NCBI GenBank assembly: GCA_045600465.1
Contig: JAZRXY010000020.1
Span: forward strand, 2,396-66,395
Length of the DNA stretch: 64,000 bases
Direction of reading: 5' to 3'
Source of the DNA: Bacilli bacterium
GTDB taxonomy: Bacteria; Bacillota_I; Bacilli_A; RFN20; UBA1709
Shown one piece after another: positions 38,749 through 47,785 of the stretch. The notes beneath the pieces are model-generated. The model was not told the origin of the DNA and ran no database searches. It worked only from the letters and a program-made list of their open reading frames with translations. A program made the translations under genes and the position numbers. The stretch's first letter is position 1. Each line of letters opens with the position of its first letter.

Positions 38749-40482
38749 ATGTTTGGTGAAAATAGAGACTTTTTAAGTGTTGTAGTCATTGGATTATTAT
38801 CAATCCCTTTTTTGCTTCTTTTAGTTTATTACATAATTTCCGAAACAAAGAACATATTAGCAAAACGTAGGAATAATTCAATCGCCTTAAGAGATATTCA
38901 ATTTACCATTCGCTATGATGTAAGTCACAACACTTATTCATTCTTTTATCGTAACAATGATTTAAATCCATCATTCACTTATAAAGAAGAACGTTTCTTA
39001 AATGTTTTTAATAGTGAAAAAGCAATAAGAGAATGGAAAAACTATATTGAAAAATGCCTTCTAGATGTAGAAGATAACAAAAGAAAAATCACTATTGATA
39101 TTCCTCGCTTTGGGACCAAAGAACAATCTTTAATTGACGTTACTAAAGCATATTATGATAAAGATAAAAAACAACTATTCCTTAGCGCTGATTCAAAGAT
39201 TAAAGGAAGTGTTTCTCGCCCAAGTGGAGAATTAGGAGATGAAGCATTTAACTATCGAAATAGACTAAATGCTATTAACAAAATTAATCGAATTCCAAAG
39301 GGATTTGTAGCCATTATTGATTTTGGTAACTATAACACCATTAAAACTAGATATGGCCCAAATGTTTTAAAAGAATACATGACAAAACTTTGGGAAGTTT
39401 TTGCTGATTATAACTCAACTAAAATTATTAGTGGTATTTATCGCTTTGATTCTTTCATGTTATATGATACAGAAGTTAATGATGTTAGAGATGCAAAGAG
39501 TTATTTAACTAGAATCTTAGCAAGAATTGGCCAAAATCTCGAACTAGGAGGTATTAGTATCTCCCTTGCTTCTAAGGCAACTTATAGTGTTGTTGGTGAG
39601 TTCTCTAATAGTGTTGATTCTATTTTGAAGGCTTTATATGATGGACTAAAAACAACCGCAGAAAATGAAGTTGATCATTATGAAGGAGCATTAAATGGCC
39701 AAACAGAAAAATTATGGAAAGCTATCAATTTAAGAAACGCTTTAAGAAGAGAAGAATTAAAGCCAATTTATATTCCTATTATCGATCTAAAGAATGGTAA
39801 GGAAGTGGCCACGTTTGCTGATATCGATTTCGCAAACAGTGAATTTAAGAGTTTTACTGAAGCTAATAAAATTGCGTTTAGCAATGGATTTGAAGAAGAA
39901 CTTATTAAAGGAATGCTAGGAATCCTTCAAAAAAACTTTAATGTTATAGAGGAAAATAAAAAAATTAAGATGCTTATCCCATGTAGATCAAAATCACTTG
40001 ATGACATCAATGAGATTTATGCAATAAAAAAGAAACAAGTTAATAAAGACCAAATAGTCTTATTTATTAAGGACTATGATGAGTTAATTGCTAAGAATAA
40101 TTATCTAGAAGATTGCGAAAGTATCGCTAAAATTAAAAATGCAAAATTAGCAATTATGGCTGATGCAAAAATGGAAACAAATTTGCACTCAATCTTATCT
40201 CATTTTGATTATGTTGTCTGGCCAGAAAACATTATTTCACAAATACTATTGGATGAGAAAATTGCTTATCAATTTAGAAACATCTATGAAAATATTAGCT
40301 CTAGATATCCTAATATTAAGCATATTGCTCGCGGTGTGGAAAGTTATGCTCAAGCAGCTTACTTAAAAGATTTTGAAATCATGCTAATGTCTGGTGCGTT
40401 CTTTAATAAAGATGCAAAGAGCAATAAGAGTTACTCTGTTAGAGAGATTGCAAAGTTAATAGGTGATTTTGATGAACAATAA
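38749..40482 (+). CDS. Membrane-anchored protein with degenerate GGDEF-like and EAL-like domains
   Basis: N-terminal TM. FVAIIDFGNYNTIKTRYG..YRFDSFMLY sits where GGDEF is expected. LKPIYIPIIDLKNGKEVATFADIDF sits where the EAL motif is expected. IARGVESYAQAAYL corresponds to the AEGVE region. Confidence 0.5.
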   Translation: MFGENRDFLSVVVIGLLSIPFLLLLVYYIISETKNILAKRRNNSIALRDIQFTIRYDVSHNTYSFFYRNNDLNPSFTYKEERFLNVFNSEKAIREWKNYIEKCLLDVEDNKRKITIDIPRFGTKEQSLIDVTKAYYDKDKKQLFLSADSKIKGSVSRPSGELGDEAFNYRNRLNAINKINRIPKGFVAIIDFGNYNTIKTRYGPNVLKEYMTKLWEVFADYNSTKIISGIYRFDSFMLYDTEVNDVRDAKSYLTRILARIGQNLELGGISISLASKATYSVVGEFSNSVDSILKALYDGLKTTAENEVDHYEGALNGQTEKLWKAINLRNALRREELKPIYIPIIDLKNGKEVATFADIDFANSEFKSFTEANKIAFSNGFEEELIKGMLGILQKNFNVIEENKKIKMLIPCRSKSLDDINEIYAIKKKQVNKDQIVLFIKDYDELIAKNNYLEDCESIAKIKNAKLAIMADAKMETNLHSILSHFDYVVWPENIISQILLDEKIAYQFRNIYENISSRYPNIKHIARGVESYAQAAYLKDFEIMLMSGAFFNKDAKSNKSYSVREIAKLIGDFDEQ

Positions 40483-41128
40483 AATAGTTTTATTTGATAT
40501 GGATGGCACAATATTAGATTCAATGAGTGTCTGGCAAAGTGAAGGATATAAAATCCTAAAAGAATTAAACATTGATGGCGCTAAAGAAATAAGTGATAAG
40601 TTTGCTTCTATGTCAGCTCTAGATATAGCAAGTTATGTCGCGTCTCAAGGTGGAAGTAGTGTTAGTAAAGAGGGTATGAATATCCTAAAAACTTGGAGAG
40701 GTAGAGTTTTAGCAAGATACAATAGTGATATTGTCGCTAAAAAAGGAATCGAAGATGTTTTGAATAAGTTTAAAAGTTTAGGATATCGACTAGTAATTGC
40801 TACAGGAACGCCACTGGAGATAGCAAAACAAGGTTTAAAAAGAAATGGGCTTCTAGATTATTTTGATGCTTTATATGATGAAGAAAGTATTGGAATGGGG
40901 AAGAAGAATCCAAAGTTCTTCGAAATATTATTGAAGAAAGAAAACTATGCTTATGAGGATTGCGTTGTTGTTGAAGATTCTTTCTTTGTCTTAGAGGCTG
41001 CTAAAAGTTTAGGCATTAAAACCATTGGAATTTATGATGTTGTTAGTAAGGATATTCAAGATAAAGTAAAAAAATATTCTGATATATATGTTGTCGATTT
41101 TAAAGATTTAATTGAGAAGATTGATTAA
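40472..41128 (+). CDS. HAD-superfamily hydrolase
   Basis: Motif I VLFDMDGTILDS, plus later VIATGT and VVEDS motifs. ATG 40472. Confidence 0.8.
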   Translation: MNNKIVLFDMDGTILDSMSVWQSEGYKILKELNIDGAKEISDKFASMSALDIASYVASQGGSSVSKEGMNILKTWRGRVLARYNSDIVAKKGIEDVLNKFKSLGYRLVIATGTPLEIAKQGLKRNGLLDYFDALYDEESIGMGKKNPKFFEILLKKENYAYEDCVVVEDSFFVLEAAKSLGIKTIGIYDVVSKDIQDKVKKYSDIYVVDFKDLIEKID

Positions 41129-41137
41129 ATCTTTCTT

Positions 41138-41215
41138 GTCTCTATAGCTCAGTTTGGATAGAGCGTTCGCCTCCTAAGCGAAAGGTCGGCGGTTCAACTC
41201 CGCCTAGGGACGCCA
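41138..41215 (+). tRNA. tRNA-Arg (anticodon CCT)
   Basis: Acceptor GTCTCTA/TAGGGAC, anticodon stem TTCGC/GCGAA with loop CTCCTAA, T-arm GGCGG-TTCAACT-CCGCC, encoded CCA. Confidence 0.85.
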
Positions 41216-41282
41216 TTTCTACTTGATATATTAGTAAATATATGATAGATTATACTTACATTTTTAAAAGGAGGAATTAATT

Positions 41283-42299
41283 GTGGAAGATAGTATACCG
41301 CGATTGTTATTATTAATCGTTTTAATACTTGCATCTGCATTTTTTGCTGCGGCAGAAACCTCTTATTCATATGCTAATAATGTTAGAATTCATCTTCTTG
41401 CTGAAGAAGGTGATGCAAGAGCTAAAAGGGTCGAATGGATTTGCGACCGTTTTGATCGTTGCGTTGTAACACTTCTAATTGCTATAAATATTTTGCATGT
41501 AGTAGCATCAGCTGTTGCTACTGTTTTAGCTGTTAAGTTAATGGGGAATGTTGGAAGTGTTATTGCTACTATTGTTTTAACAATCATTGTTTTCTTGTTT
41601 AGTGAAAACATTCCTAAGAATATTGCTAAAGCAAATGCTGACAAATTCTCGATGATTATTTCTTTACCAATGACTTGGTTTATTTATCTTTTATGGCCAT
41701 TTGCTTCTTTCTTTATGTGGATAGGCAATGGCGTTAAAAAACTAATACGCGTTGAAAGCAATGAACCATCATTAACGGAAGAAGAATTCTCAGAAATGGT
41801 AGAAAGCGTTGAAGATGATGGATTAATCGATCCAGAAGAAACTGAAATTATCAAATCAACAATTGAATTTGGAGATTTAAGTGTTAAAGAAGTAATGACA
41901 CCATTAAATAATATTTCAGCCATACCAATAGATGTTTCGTTAGAAGATTTACAAAAGATTGTTATCAGTGAAAAATATTCTAGATTCCCAGTTTATAAAA
42001 AAGATTTAGATCATATCGTGGCAGTGCTTCAAGCAACACCACTTCTTTATCGTCTTGCTAATAATCAAGAAATTAAAATTAAAGAATTAATTACAAGACC
42101 TTATTTTGTTGATCCTGAAACAAGAATTGATGATGTTTTTAGTGGAATGGGTAGAAGAAGAACTCATTTCGCAGTGGTAAGAAATTCAAATGGTAAAACA
42201 ATTGGGGTTATCACTATGGAAGATATCGTTGAAGAAATAGTCGGAGAAATTTATGACGAGGATGACGAGATCACTCCTAATAAGGAGGCGAAGAAATAA
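41283..42299 (+). CDS. CNNM/DUF21 + CBS-pair membrane protein (hemolysin-family, no CorC_HlyC domain)
   Basis: DUF21 N-terminus (FFAAAETSYS), GENIPK-like SENIPKNIA, and a CBS pair ending GVITMEDIVEEIVGEIYDEDD. GTG start after AAGGAGGA. Confidence 0.75.
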   Translation: MEDSIPRLLLLIVLILASAFFAAAETSYSYANNVRIHLLAEEGDARAKRVEWICDRFDRCVVTLLIAINILHVVASAVATVLAVKLMGNVGSVIATIVLTIIVFLFSENIPKNIAKANADKFSMIISLPMTWFIYLLWPFASFFMWIGNGVKKLIRVESNEPSLTEEEFSEMVESVEDDGLIDPEETEIIKSTIEFGDLSVKEVMTPLNNISAIPIDVSLEDLQKIVISEKYSRFPVYKKDLDHIVAVLQATPLLYRLANNQEIKIKELITRPYFVDPETRIDDVFSGMGRRRTHFAVVRNSNGKTIGVITMEDIVEEIVGEIYDEDDEITPNKEAKK

Positions 42300-43558
42300 T
42301 GGAAGCAATCATTTATATTTTAATTGTGGTTTTTGTTATTTTATCAGCCTTCTATTCATCTGCTGAGATAGCTTATGCTAAGGCTAATATCATTAGAATT
42401 AAAAATCAAGCAGAAGAAGGGAGCAAAGTTGCCAAAACAGAAGAATATATCAGCGAAAACTACACTAGATCATTATCAACCGTTCTAGTAGGAAATAACC
42501 TTGTTAATATCGCTGCTTCTTCTGCGACAACCATTCTATGCGTTAAATATTTTGGTGAAGTAAATGGACAAACAATTGCTACAGTTGCTATCACAATTAT
42601 TCTATTGATATTTGGCGAAACAATTCCAAAAATTATCGCAGCAGAAGCTCCAGATAAATTTGCAAGAATTTGTGCAGGTCCATTGAAAATATCAATGTGG
42701 ATTTTCTATCCGATTGTATGGCTTGTTGAAAAGTTTGTTGGTCTTATTTCTCCAATTTGGACTCCTAAAAAAGAAGAACCAAGTGTTACTACTGAAGAAT
42801 TACAAGAAATTGTAGAAAATTTAGAGGATGAAGGAGTATTTGAAGAAGACGACAGCGAAAGAATTCAATCAGCTATTGAATTTAGTGAAACAACAGCTAA
42901 AGAAGTTTTAGTTCCTAGAGTTGATGTTTTTGCAATTGATATTGATAAAGAGTTAGTTATTAGTGAAGAGTTCTATCGTTACGCTAGAGTTCCAGTCTAT
43001 AAAGATTCAATTGATAATATTGTGGGAATTTTATCAACTAAGCAATTATTGCGTGCTATCGTTGCTAAAAAGTCATATAAATTAGAAGATTTTATGAGTA
43101 AGCCTATCTTTGTCCATATGACTAAGGATATTTCTTCTATTGTTGAAGAGTTTAGAAAAAGTGCTAAACAAATGGCGGTTGTTGTCGATGAGTATGGCGG
43201 AACAATGGGAATCTTAACAATTGAAGATATTGCTGAAGAAATTGTCGGTGAAATCTATGATGAACGAGATGTTGTAGAAACAGATATTAAAAAGATTAAC
43301 GATAATACCTACATCGTTGATGGCAGTGAAAACATTTATGACTTATTTGATGAACTAGATTGGGAACCTAGTGATTTTAAAACTGAATACACAACAGTTG
43401 GTGGTTGGGTAACAGAAATGTTGGATGATTTCCCTAATGTTGGTGATAGTTTTGAATTTGAACGCATTAAAGTAATAGTCTTAGAGATTGATGATAAACG
43501 TGTTGAAAAAGTAAAAGTTATTTACAAAAATAATGATGAAGAAGAAACTAAAGAATAA
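42299..43558 (+). CDS. CNNM/DUF21 + CBS-pair + CorC_HlyC membrane protein (hemolysin family)
   Basis: Paralog of the preceding gene (SSAEIAYA, GETIPKIIA, GILTIEDIAEEIVGEIYDE) with a C-terminal transporter-associated domain. Confidence 0.8.
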   Translation: MEAIIYILIVVFVILSAFYSSAEIAYAKANIIRIKNQAEEGSKVAKTEEYISENYTRSLSTVLVGNNLVNIAASSATTILCVKYFGEVNGQTIATVAITIILLIFGETIPKIIAAEAPDKFARICAGPLKISMWIFYPIVWLVEKFVGLISPIWTPKKEEPSVTTEELQEIVENLEDEGVFEEDDSERIQSAIEFSETTAKEVLVPRVDVFAIDIDKELVISEEFYRYARVPVYKDSIDNIVGILSTKQLLRAIVAKKSYKLEDFMSKPIFVHMTKDISSIVEEFRKSAKQMAVVVDEYGGTMGILTIEDIAEEIVGEIYDERDVVETDIKKINDNTYIVDGSENIYDLFDELDWEPSDFKTEYTTVGGWVTEMLDDFPNVGDSFEFERIKVIVLEIDDKRVEKVKVIYKNNDEEETKE

Positions 43559-43561
43559 ATT

Positions 43562-43592
43562 GGATGGAAAATAATTACCATCCTTTTATTTG
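43562..43592 (+). terminator. Intrinsic terminator
   Basis: GGATGG...CCATCC hairpin followed by TTTTATTT. Confidence 0.6.
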
Positions 43593-43632
43593 CAATATTT
43601 AAAAAAGGAATTATAATTATTATGTTTAGGGG

Positions 43633-44511
43633 ATGATTAATGTGATTACATTAAAAGAAGCTTTAGAAAACATTGACTTAGCTACGCTAAAATTAGGCGA
43701 CTATCAAGAAATGGGCATTTTATCTGGTGGTATGAATAATGTTAACTATCTTATCAAGTCTCATGACGTAAAATACATTGTTTATTTACCAACTCCTAAA
43801 TGCAATGAAATTGTTAATAGAAAAGATGAACATTTTAATTTAAAAGAGGTTAATAAATTAGGCATCTCAAATACTAATATTTACCATGATGAAGTAAGCG
43901 GAATTAAAATTAATACTTATCTAGAAGGAAAAGCCGTTAATGAGATAAAAGATATCCCATATAATGACATTGCTAGTGTAATGAAGAAATTACACAATAG
44001 CAATGTAAAATTGGCAGCCTCTTATAATCCATTTTCACGTTTAATTGGTTATGAAAATAGTGTTAAAGAGTTAAAGATTACGATTGATGAACGCTATTAC
44101 AAAATAAGAGAGAAATTATTTGAGAAGAAAGACTATCTTGAATCGCAAAAACTTGTTCCTTGTCACAACGATCCTCAACCATCAAACTTCATTTATGATG
44201 GTAAGAATACATATCTAATCGACTTTGAGTTTGCTGCATACAATGATTATGTTTATGATCTTGCTTGCTTTGCTAATGTAAGATTAGAAGAAGGATTAAA
44301 ACTTTTAGAAGTATACGATGGGAATAAAGATAATTTGGAAAGATTCTATTTATGGAGAATTTACCAATGTTTGCAATGGTATAATGTGGCTTTAATTAAG
44401 CAATACTCTGGCCTAAGTGATTATATGCACTTTGATTTTAATGTTGTTGCTAAAAATTACTTAGAATTAAGTTTGAAATTATATAAAGATTACTACAAAA
44501 AAGAACTATAA
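43633..44511 (+). CDS. Choline/ethanolamine-kinase-like phosphotransferase (APH fold)
   Basis: Catalytic-loop HNDPQPSNFIY and LIDFEFA motifs, typical of the LicA/choline-kinase family. Confidence 0.65.
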   Translation: MINVITLKEALENIDLATLKLGDYQEMGILSGGMNNVNYLIKSHDVKYIVYLPTPKCNEIVNRKDEHFNLKEVNKLGISNTNIYHDEVSGIKINTYLEGKAVNEIKDIPYNDIASVMKKLHNSNVKLAASYNPFSRLIGYENSVKELKITIDERYYKIREKLFEKKDYLESQKLVPCHNDPQPSNFIYDGKNTYLIDFEFAAYNDYVYDLACFANVRLEEGLKLLEVYDGNKDNLERFYLWRIYQCLQWYNVALIKQYSGLSDYMHFDFNVVAKNYLELSLKLYKDYYKKEL

Positions 44512-44538
44512 AATGATAGAATATAAAAGGTGATTTAC

Positions 44539-46197
44539 ATGAATGATTATGAATTATTAGCGGAAGCAATATTCCCAAATGTTACAGAAACATTACAAGA
44601 CTTAGAGAAAAAATATCCACCAAGAAACTTGGATAAAACTCAAGAGGTTTTAAGATTTGCACCTTCACCTACTGGTTTTCTTCATACTGGTTCACTTTGT
44701 ACTGCTTTAATGGATTACAAAGTTGCACTTGATTCTAATGGTGTTTTTATCTTACGTATTGAAGATACTGACCAACAAAGAGAAGTTAAGGGTAGTGCTG
44801 ATATTGTTTCTCGCCAATTAAGAGAATTTAACATTCCTCCAACAGAAGGTTATGTTGATGAAAATCACGAAATTGGAAATTATGGGCCATATGTTCAAAG
44901 CCATCGTAAACACATTTATGACATTGTTTTAAAGCATATGATTCAAAATGATATGGCTTATCCATGTTTTTGTTCTTCAGAAGAGTTAGACGAAGTTAGA
45001 AAAGTTCAAACTGCTAAAAAGGAAAGAACAGGCTATTATGGAGAATATGCTACATGCCGTAACTTATCTCCAAAACAAGCTTTAGAAAAAGTTCAAAATG
45101 GTGAAAAATTTGTTTTAAGATTTAAATCACATGGTAGCCATGAAGTAAGCCTAGATTTCCATGATGAAATGAAAGGCGATATTAACTATACGCAAAATGA
45201 TATGGATATTATCATCATGAAAGGTGATGGACTGCCAACATATCACTTTGCACACTTAGTAGATGATCACTTTATGAGAACAACTATTGTTTTAAGAGGG
45301 GAAGAATGGTTATCATCTCTTCCAGTTCACTTAGAAATGTTTGATACATTAGGTTTCGAGCGTTTAAGATACGCTCATGCTCCTGTTATTATGAAAGTTG
45401 ATGAAACAGGAAAGAAGAGAAAATTATCTAAACGTCATGACCCTGAAGCATCAGTTACTTATTTCCAAGAATTAGGTTATCCAATTGAAGCCTTAATCTT
45501 ATATCTTTATACTGTTAGTAACTCTAACTTTGAAGCATGGCTACTTGCTAATCCAAAAGGAGACACAAAAGACTTCAAATTTAGTTTTGAACACACTTCA
45601 AGTGAGGGAGCTTTGTTTGATTTAGAAAAGATTAAGAATATCTCGCAAAACTTCTTAGCTAATGCTAGCGGAAAAGAACTAGCAACAATGGCTAAAACTT
45701 GGGCAGAAAAATATGATGAAAAACTTGCAGAATTAATCAATCGTGATTTTGATTATTTTGTTAAGATAATGGGTATTGAAAAAGATAAACCAAATCCAAG
45801 AAAAGACTATGAAAAATTCTCTGAAATCTTTGACAAGATTAAATTCTTCTATAAAGATTACTATGAAGAAATAGTTAGTAATGGTTTAGAAATGGATGAA
45901 AAATATTCTAGAGAATTAATTACAAGCGTTGTAAATAATTTCATAGAATGCAATGATCCTAGTTTAAGTGAAGAAGAATGGTTTAATAAATGTAGAGACC
46001 ACGCAGACATTTTAGGTTTTGCAGCTAATAAGAAAATTATGAAAGCAGAGCCAGAAAAGTATCCATATCTAATTGCAAACTATATGGAAATAATCCGTGT
46101 AATAATTACTGGAAGAAGAAATGCACCTAACTTATACTATTGCTTAAATATCATCGATAAAGATGAGATTAATCATAGGTTAGAAGCATATAAATAA
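44539..46197 (+). CDS. gltX: Glutamate--tRNA ligase
   Basis: RFAPSPTGFLHTGS (HIGH region), ILRIEDTDQQR and KLSKRH (KMSKS region). ATG 44539 follows AAAGGTGA. Confidence 0.9.
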   Translation: MNDYELLAEAIFPNVTETLQDLEKKYPPRNLDKTQEVLRFAPSPTGFLHTGSLCTALMDYKVALDSNGVFILRIEDTDQQREVKGSADIVSRQLREFNIPPTEGYVDENHEIGNYGPYVQSHRKHIYDIVLKHMIQNDMAYPCFCSSEELDEVRKVQTAKKERTGYYGEYATCRNLSPKQALEKVQNGEKFVLRFKSHGSHEVSLDFHDEMKGDINYTQNDMDIIIMKGDGLPTYHFAHLVDDHFMRTTIVLRGEEWLSSLPVHLEMFDTLGFERLRYAHAPVIMKVDETGKKRKLSKRHDPEASVTYFQELGYPIEALILYLYTVSNSNFEAWLLANPKGDTKDFKFSFEHTSSEGALFDLEKIKNISQNFLANASGKELATMAKTWAEKYDEKLAELINRDFDYFVKIMGIEKDKPNPRKDYEKFSEIFDKIKFFYKDYYEEIVSNGLEMDEKYSRELITSVVNNFIECNDPSLSEEEWFNKCRDHADILGFAANKKIMKAEPEKYPYLIANYMEIIRVIITGRRNAPNLYYCLNIIDKDEINHRLEAYK

Positions 46198-46242
46198 CTA
46201 GTTATTTAAATAGCGGTATGATATAATCATATCGCTAGATAT

Positions 46243-46319
46243 GGCCCGTTGGTGAAGCGGTTTAACACATTGCCCTCTCAAGGCAACATTCTCGGGTTCG
46301 AACCCCGAACGGGTCACCA
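46243..46319 (+). tRNA. tRNA-Glu (anticodon CTC)
   Basis: GGCCCGT acceptor as in Bacillus tRNA-Glu, anticodon stem TTGCC/GGCAA with loop CTCTCAA, T-arm TCGGG-TTCGAAC-CCCGA, ACGGGTC-A-CCA. Confidence 0.85.
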
Positions 46320-46426
46320 AAAGCATTTAGGACCTGAGCCTTATCTAGACTTATATGTTTATGGTAAAAGTATAGATTGTTCAGGTTACATAAAAATAGG
46401 TTATTTTTCTTTCACTGCAATTTTAA

Positions 46427-46669
46427 TGTTGGCAAAACAGATTTGGCGATATAAATGGCTATATAAAATTAAACCAAAGTGAAAAACTTATTTATAACAT
46501 ATTGAAAGTTTTTTCTGCCTTCACGGCAAAAGATTTAGAAAAGAAGAGTGGCTTATCTTTAAGAACAATTTCTAGAATTGTTAATTCATTAAAAGAAAAG
46601 GAGATAATCACTAGAATTGATTCAAATAAAGTGGATATTGGAGGGTTAAATAATTATGAAATATTTTAA
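46427..46669 (+). pseudogene. Possible 5'-truncated winged-helix regulator remnant (or 55-aa TTG-initiated ORF from 46502)
   Basis: The frame is open for 80 codons with no ATG. It translates to ..LNQSEKLIYNILKVFSAFTAKDLEKKSGLSLRTISRIVNSLKEKEIITRI.., a wHTH pattern. It overlaps the next gene by 14 nt. Confidence 0.3.
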
Positions 46670-47255
46670 GTTAAAAATAACTGATGTTGATTATCCAGAT
46701 AAATTTTATAGGGTTGTTTTAGTAAATCCATCGCTAAATCTATATCAATTTAATATTTATATAGAAATTTTAATTAAAACAATGTTTTGCCATATGGCCA
46801 TGTTTTCCGGAAAAGGTTATAAATTTATAGATTTTATTTGGATGGATGATCAATTTGATAGAAGCATTAAATATTTAGATTACACTAAAGTAACTATCAA
46901 AGAGGCTTTAAAATTATGCAAAAGTTTGCTATTCACATATGATACTGGAGATGATTATTCGTTTAATGTTGAGTTTATAGAAGAATTTGACTTCCCTTTA
47001 GCTAACAACATTATTTTGTTAGAAGCAAGCGGGGATGGAATATGGGAAGATAATCACTTTGGACTAAGAGAATTCATAGAAGGAAATTTAGACAGAAGCG
47101 AGATATATGCTTGGAATTTAAATATTAAAGACTATGATCAATATGATTTTTTTGAAAAAATAAATATTGAGTTAGTCAATAAAAACATTGAAAAAGAAAA
47201 AGCAAGAATAATAAGAGAATTAAAACGAAATGATTCTTATTCTGATAAGGATTAG
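46656..47255 (+). CDS. Hypothetical protein, possibly pRiA4b ORF-3-like family
   Basis: N-terminal FKLKITDVDYPDKFYRVVLVNPSLNLYQFNIYIE...CHMAMF loosely fits the PRiA4_ORF3 pattern. Not verified. Confidence 0.4.
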   Translation: MKYFKLKITDVDYPDKFYRVVLVNPSLNLYQFNIYIEILIKTMFCHMAMFSGKGYKFIDFIWMDDQFDRSIKYLDYTKVTIKEALKLCKSLLFTYDTGDDYSFNVEFIEEFDFPLANNIILLEASGDGIWEDNHFGLREFIEGNLDRSEIYAWNLNIKDYDQYDFFEKINIELVNKNIEKEKARIIRELKRNDSYSDKD

Positions 47256-47360
47256 AAAATATTTAAAAATAAGCATTGTTCTTTAATAATTAACAAAATA
47301 TTTATACATATAAACAGTGTTTATAATGTGGTTCGCCTCATGAATCGTTCGGTTCACCAG

Positions 47361-47400
47361 ATATAAAATATGACAAGTCCTATGATGGACTTTTCTTTTT
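47361..47400 (+). repeat. Hairpin/terminator-like repeat, copy 1
   Basis: ATATAAAATATGACAAGTCCTATGATGGACTTTTCTTTTT. The first 28 nt are identical to copy 2. Stem AAGTCC/GGACTT followed by a T-run. Confidence 0.8.
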
Positions 47401-47470
47401 TCTTTTTTGTTTCATGGAGACTAATTAATAGCGTTGTTAAGAAATTAAAATAGTTTTTGATAATTTTCTT

Positions 47471-47508
47471 TATATCACTGTTGAATTATCACGGTAAAGT
47501 GATATAAT
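47471..47508 (+). promoter_or_regulatory. Promoter with flanking inverted repeat (candidate operator) of the DUF4160/DUF2442 pair
   Basis: TTGAAT (47481-47486), 16-nt spacer, TATAAT (47503-47508). The 9-bp inverted repeat TATATCACT (47471-47479) / AGTGATATA (47498-47506) brackets it. Confidence 0.5.
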
Positions 47509-47528
47509 ATGGTTAATAGGGGGGTTAT

Positions 47529-47783
47529 ATGCCTATTATATCAAGATTCTACGGGATTATTATTAAAATGTATTTTCAACAAAGTGAACATCAGCCACCT
47601 CACATCCACGCGATATATGCAGAATTTTCTGGTTCGATCATTATTTCAGATGGTTCAATTCTTGATGGGGATTTGCCTAGTAAAGCAGTTTCATTAATTA
47701 GAGAATGGCTTTCAATTCACAGAGAAGAAGTTCAAAAGATTTGGGATACGCAAGAATTTTTTACTATCCCAGGATTGGAGTAA
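47529..47783 (+). CDS. DUF4160-family small protein
   Basis: MPIISRFYGIIIKMYFQQSEHQPPHIHAIYAEF is the characteristic DUF4160 N-terminus. Confidence 0.75.
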   Translation: MPIISRFYGIIIKMYFQQSEHQPPHIHAIYAEFSGSIIISDGSILDGDLPSKAVSLIREWLSIHREEVQKIWDTQEFFTIPGLE

Positions 47784-47785
47784 TT

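Noticed and set aside
40163-40366. 67-aa alternative-frame ORF inside the GGDEF/EAL-like gene
   Set aside because: It is embedded in a continuous 577-codon frame with domain-level similarity. The alternative frame has no start context.
44512-44538. T-box leader upstream of gltX
   Set aside because: The intergenic space is only 27 nt and holds just the RBS. There is no room for a T-box.
46249-46482. Track ORF of 77 aa (MVKRFNTLPSQGN...)
   Set aside because: Its 5' part is the tRNA-Glu gene read as protein and the rest is AT-rich spacer. There is no RBS.
47509-47697. 62-aa ORF overlapping the start of the DUF4160 gene
   Set aside because: The frame starting at 47529 yields the diagnostic DUF4160 N-terminus. 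The competing frame has no recognisable features.
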